Part shown: one piece after another, positions 62,136-64,000 of the stretch
How positions within the stretch are numbered: the stretch's first letter is position 1
Layout: every line of letters starts with the position of its first letter
Assembly: GCA_043228905.1 (NCBI GenBank)
Contig: JBHGNT010000001.1
Span: 21,948,001-22,012,000, forward strand
Source of the DNA: Azolla caroliniana
Taxonomy: Eukaryota > Plantae > Polypodiophyta
Reading direction: 5' to 3'
Length of the DNA: 64,000 bases
Position numbers and translations under genes: made by a program
Notes under the pieces: model-generated
Told to the model about the DNA's origin: nothing
Database searches by the model: none
Seen by the model: the letters and a program-made list of their open reading frames with translations, nothing else

Positions 62136-63635
62136 ACGTGAGGACTTGAAGACCGATGCTTTCGCCCAAGCCATTCTAGCACAAATTGATCCCTCTCGAG
62201 CATCTTGTTCACAGTCTCAACCACCAGGTACGGACTATCGGCAATTCAAATACCATGATGGAGTACTATTCTTTAATGAACTCTTGTATGTTCCTAATGG
62301 TTCTTGCCGCCTTTGAGTAGTCCAACACTATCATGACACATATACAGTTGGGCATTTTGGTAGTACTAAAACATTAGATTTAGTACAGTGATCATTCTGG
62401 TGGCCCCGTATGTGACAATTTGTCGAAGATTTTGTTCGAACTTGTGATACATGTTGCAGAGCGAAAATGCCAAGGTATCATCCATATGGTTTATTAGAAC
62501 CATTACCAATTCCAAGCCGTGGCAATCGATTGCTCTAGACTTCATCACAGATCTTCCAGTCTCTAAGGGGTTCAATGCGATTCTAACAGTCGTAGATCGA
62601 TATACGAAGATGGCTCATTTCTTGCCATGTACTAAGGAAATCTCCAGTGAAGAAACCGTTGAAATTGTCATGCGTGAAGTATGTCGGCATCATGGCCTTC
62701 TCGATAGTATCATCAGCGATCGTGGAGCCCAGTTCGTATCGAAATTTTGGAAGCACCTTTTTTAAATGCTCAAGGTCACTTGTAACCTCTCCTCCGACTA
62801 CCACCCACAAACCGATGGCCAAACAGAACGAACAAATCAAACGTTGGATCAGTATCTTCGGTGCTTTCTAAGCTATCATCAGGATGACTGGGCAGATATT
62901 CTCCACTTCGTCGAATTTGTCTATAATAACTCTGTCCACGCATCGACTAAAGTTACGCCATTTTATGCTTATACAGGTTGTCACCCCCGGTGGTGTGTAT
63001 TTGAAACCCTAGAGTTGTCCACAAATCGTTGCGCAGAGGATCGTTTAGAGCGGTTACACAAGATACAAGCCGATTTATCTACTCATCTCCAACAAGCTCA
63101 ACAAACACATAAGGTTTACGTGGATCGTCATCGACTTCCATCCAGTTTTAACATTGGAGACCGGGTATGGCTACTATGACGACACATCAAGACTACTCGC
63201 CCATGCGAGAAGTTGGATTATCAGCGATTAGGTCCTTTCCGTATTATAGGAAAGATTAAGGATGTCGCTTTTCGTCTCGATCTACCTCCACAACTTTGGA
63301 TACATCCGGTGTTTCATAGTTCTCTCCTCGAACCCTATCAAGAGAGCACCATCCTAGGACGTATTACACGGTCTCCACCCCCAATCGAGCTTGAAGATGG
63401 ACTTGAGTACGAGGTTGCCGCCATGCTTGATTCCAAGATTGTTCGCAACAAGCTCTACTATCTAGTCGATTGGCTAGGATATACTCCCAACGAGCGTACT
63501 TGGGAACCGATAGAGCATGTGACCAATGCTCGTGCTCTTCTTGAAGACTTCAATCGTCAATATCCAGACAAACCGGGTCCTCAATCCAAAAGGACTCGTG
63601 ACACTCGTCATTTTAAAAGGAGGATAGTGTCATGA
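62136..63635 (+). pseudogene. pol: Chromovirus integrase with GPF motif and C-terminal chromodomain
   Basis: [68 protein letters not shown]. Confidence 0.92.
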
Positions 63636-63933
63636 TATGACAAGACTCAAACCCATGACTTTATGCTACATGGGTCGAGCTCTTGACCATTAGAACATAC
63701 ATTGTAATATGTAGAATATTATTTTCATTTATATTTTATTATAGAAAATTGATGTATATTCTAGATTTCTCTGGAACATTCTAGAAACTTCAGGAGTACT
63801 CCTGAGAACACTATAAAAGGAGGCACAAGGAATTATTTCGAACCAAATCGGTTCAATGTCAGTCTTAAGCCTCCTACTACTATTGTATACTCTCTTCACA
63901 TAATATATATCATTTATCATCATTCTCTCTCAC

Positions 63934-63976
<43 letters not shown>

Positions 63977-64000
63977 AACTCTTTCCTTCTCTCGAGAGTT

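Larger units (their letters stand above)
38980..64000 (+). mobile_element. Tcn1-like chromovirus Gypsy element; 5' LTR 38980-~39345, 3' LTR 63628 to the window end
   Basis: Matching TGTCATGATATG LTRs; PPT AAAAGGAGGATAG; gag, PR, RT (IYLDD), RH, IN and chromodomain. Split by a solo LTR and by element D. The 5' LTR has lost the TATAAAAG segment. Confidence 0.92.

Overview
The window is almost entirely nested, mostly decayed LTR retrotransposons from a plant, most likely a moss (Physcomitrium-like; inferred from the element types). No host gene is supported. Two insertion stacks, each five layers deep, can be reconstructed from LTR termini and target-site duplications (TSDs). They contain Bryco/RLC5-like Copia elements (six internal regions plus a solo LTR, often inserted into each other), Tork/Tnt1-like Copia pieces, three near-complete tRNA-Trp-primed non-chromovirus Gypsy elements (Phygy-like) plus a solo LTR, a chromodomain-bearing Tcn1-like Gypsy, and a non-coding LTR element carrying a ~46-bp tandem array. 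This composition suggests centromeric or pericentromeric heterochromatin. Main observations: (1) a tRNA-like Pol III A-box/B-box module lies antisense in five different Gypsy-type LTR families; (2) the Phygy-like elements have a GGATTTT slippery site plus a covarying pseudoknot, giving a -1 frameshift after the protease; (3) all four Phygy-like insertions have 4-bp RCGY (CpG-centred) TSDs; (4) the Bryco-like elements have a CENP-C-motif-like peptide, a long charged tail after RNase H and a hairpin enclosing the PPT. Lineage names come from remembered motif similarity, not from database searches.
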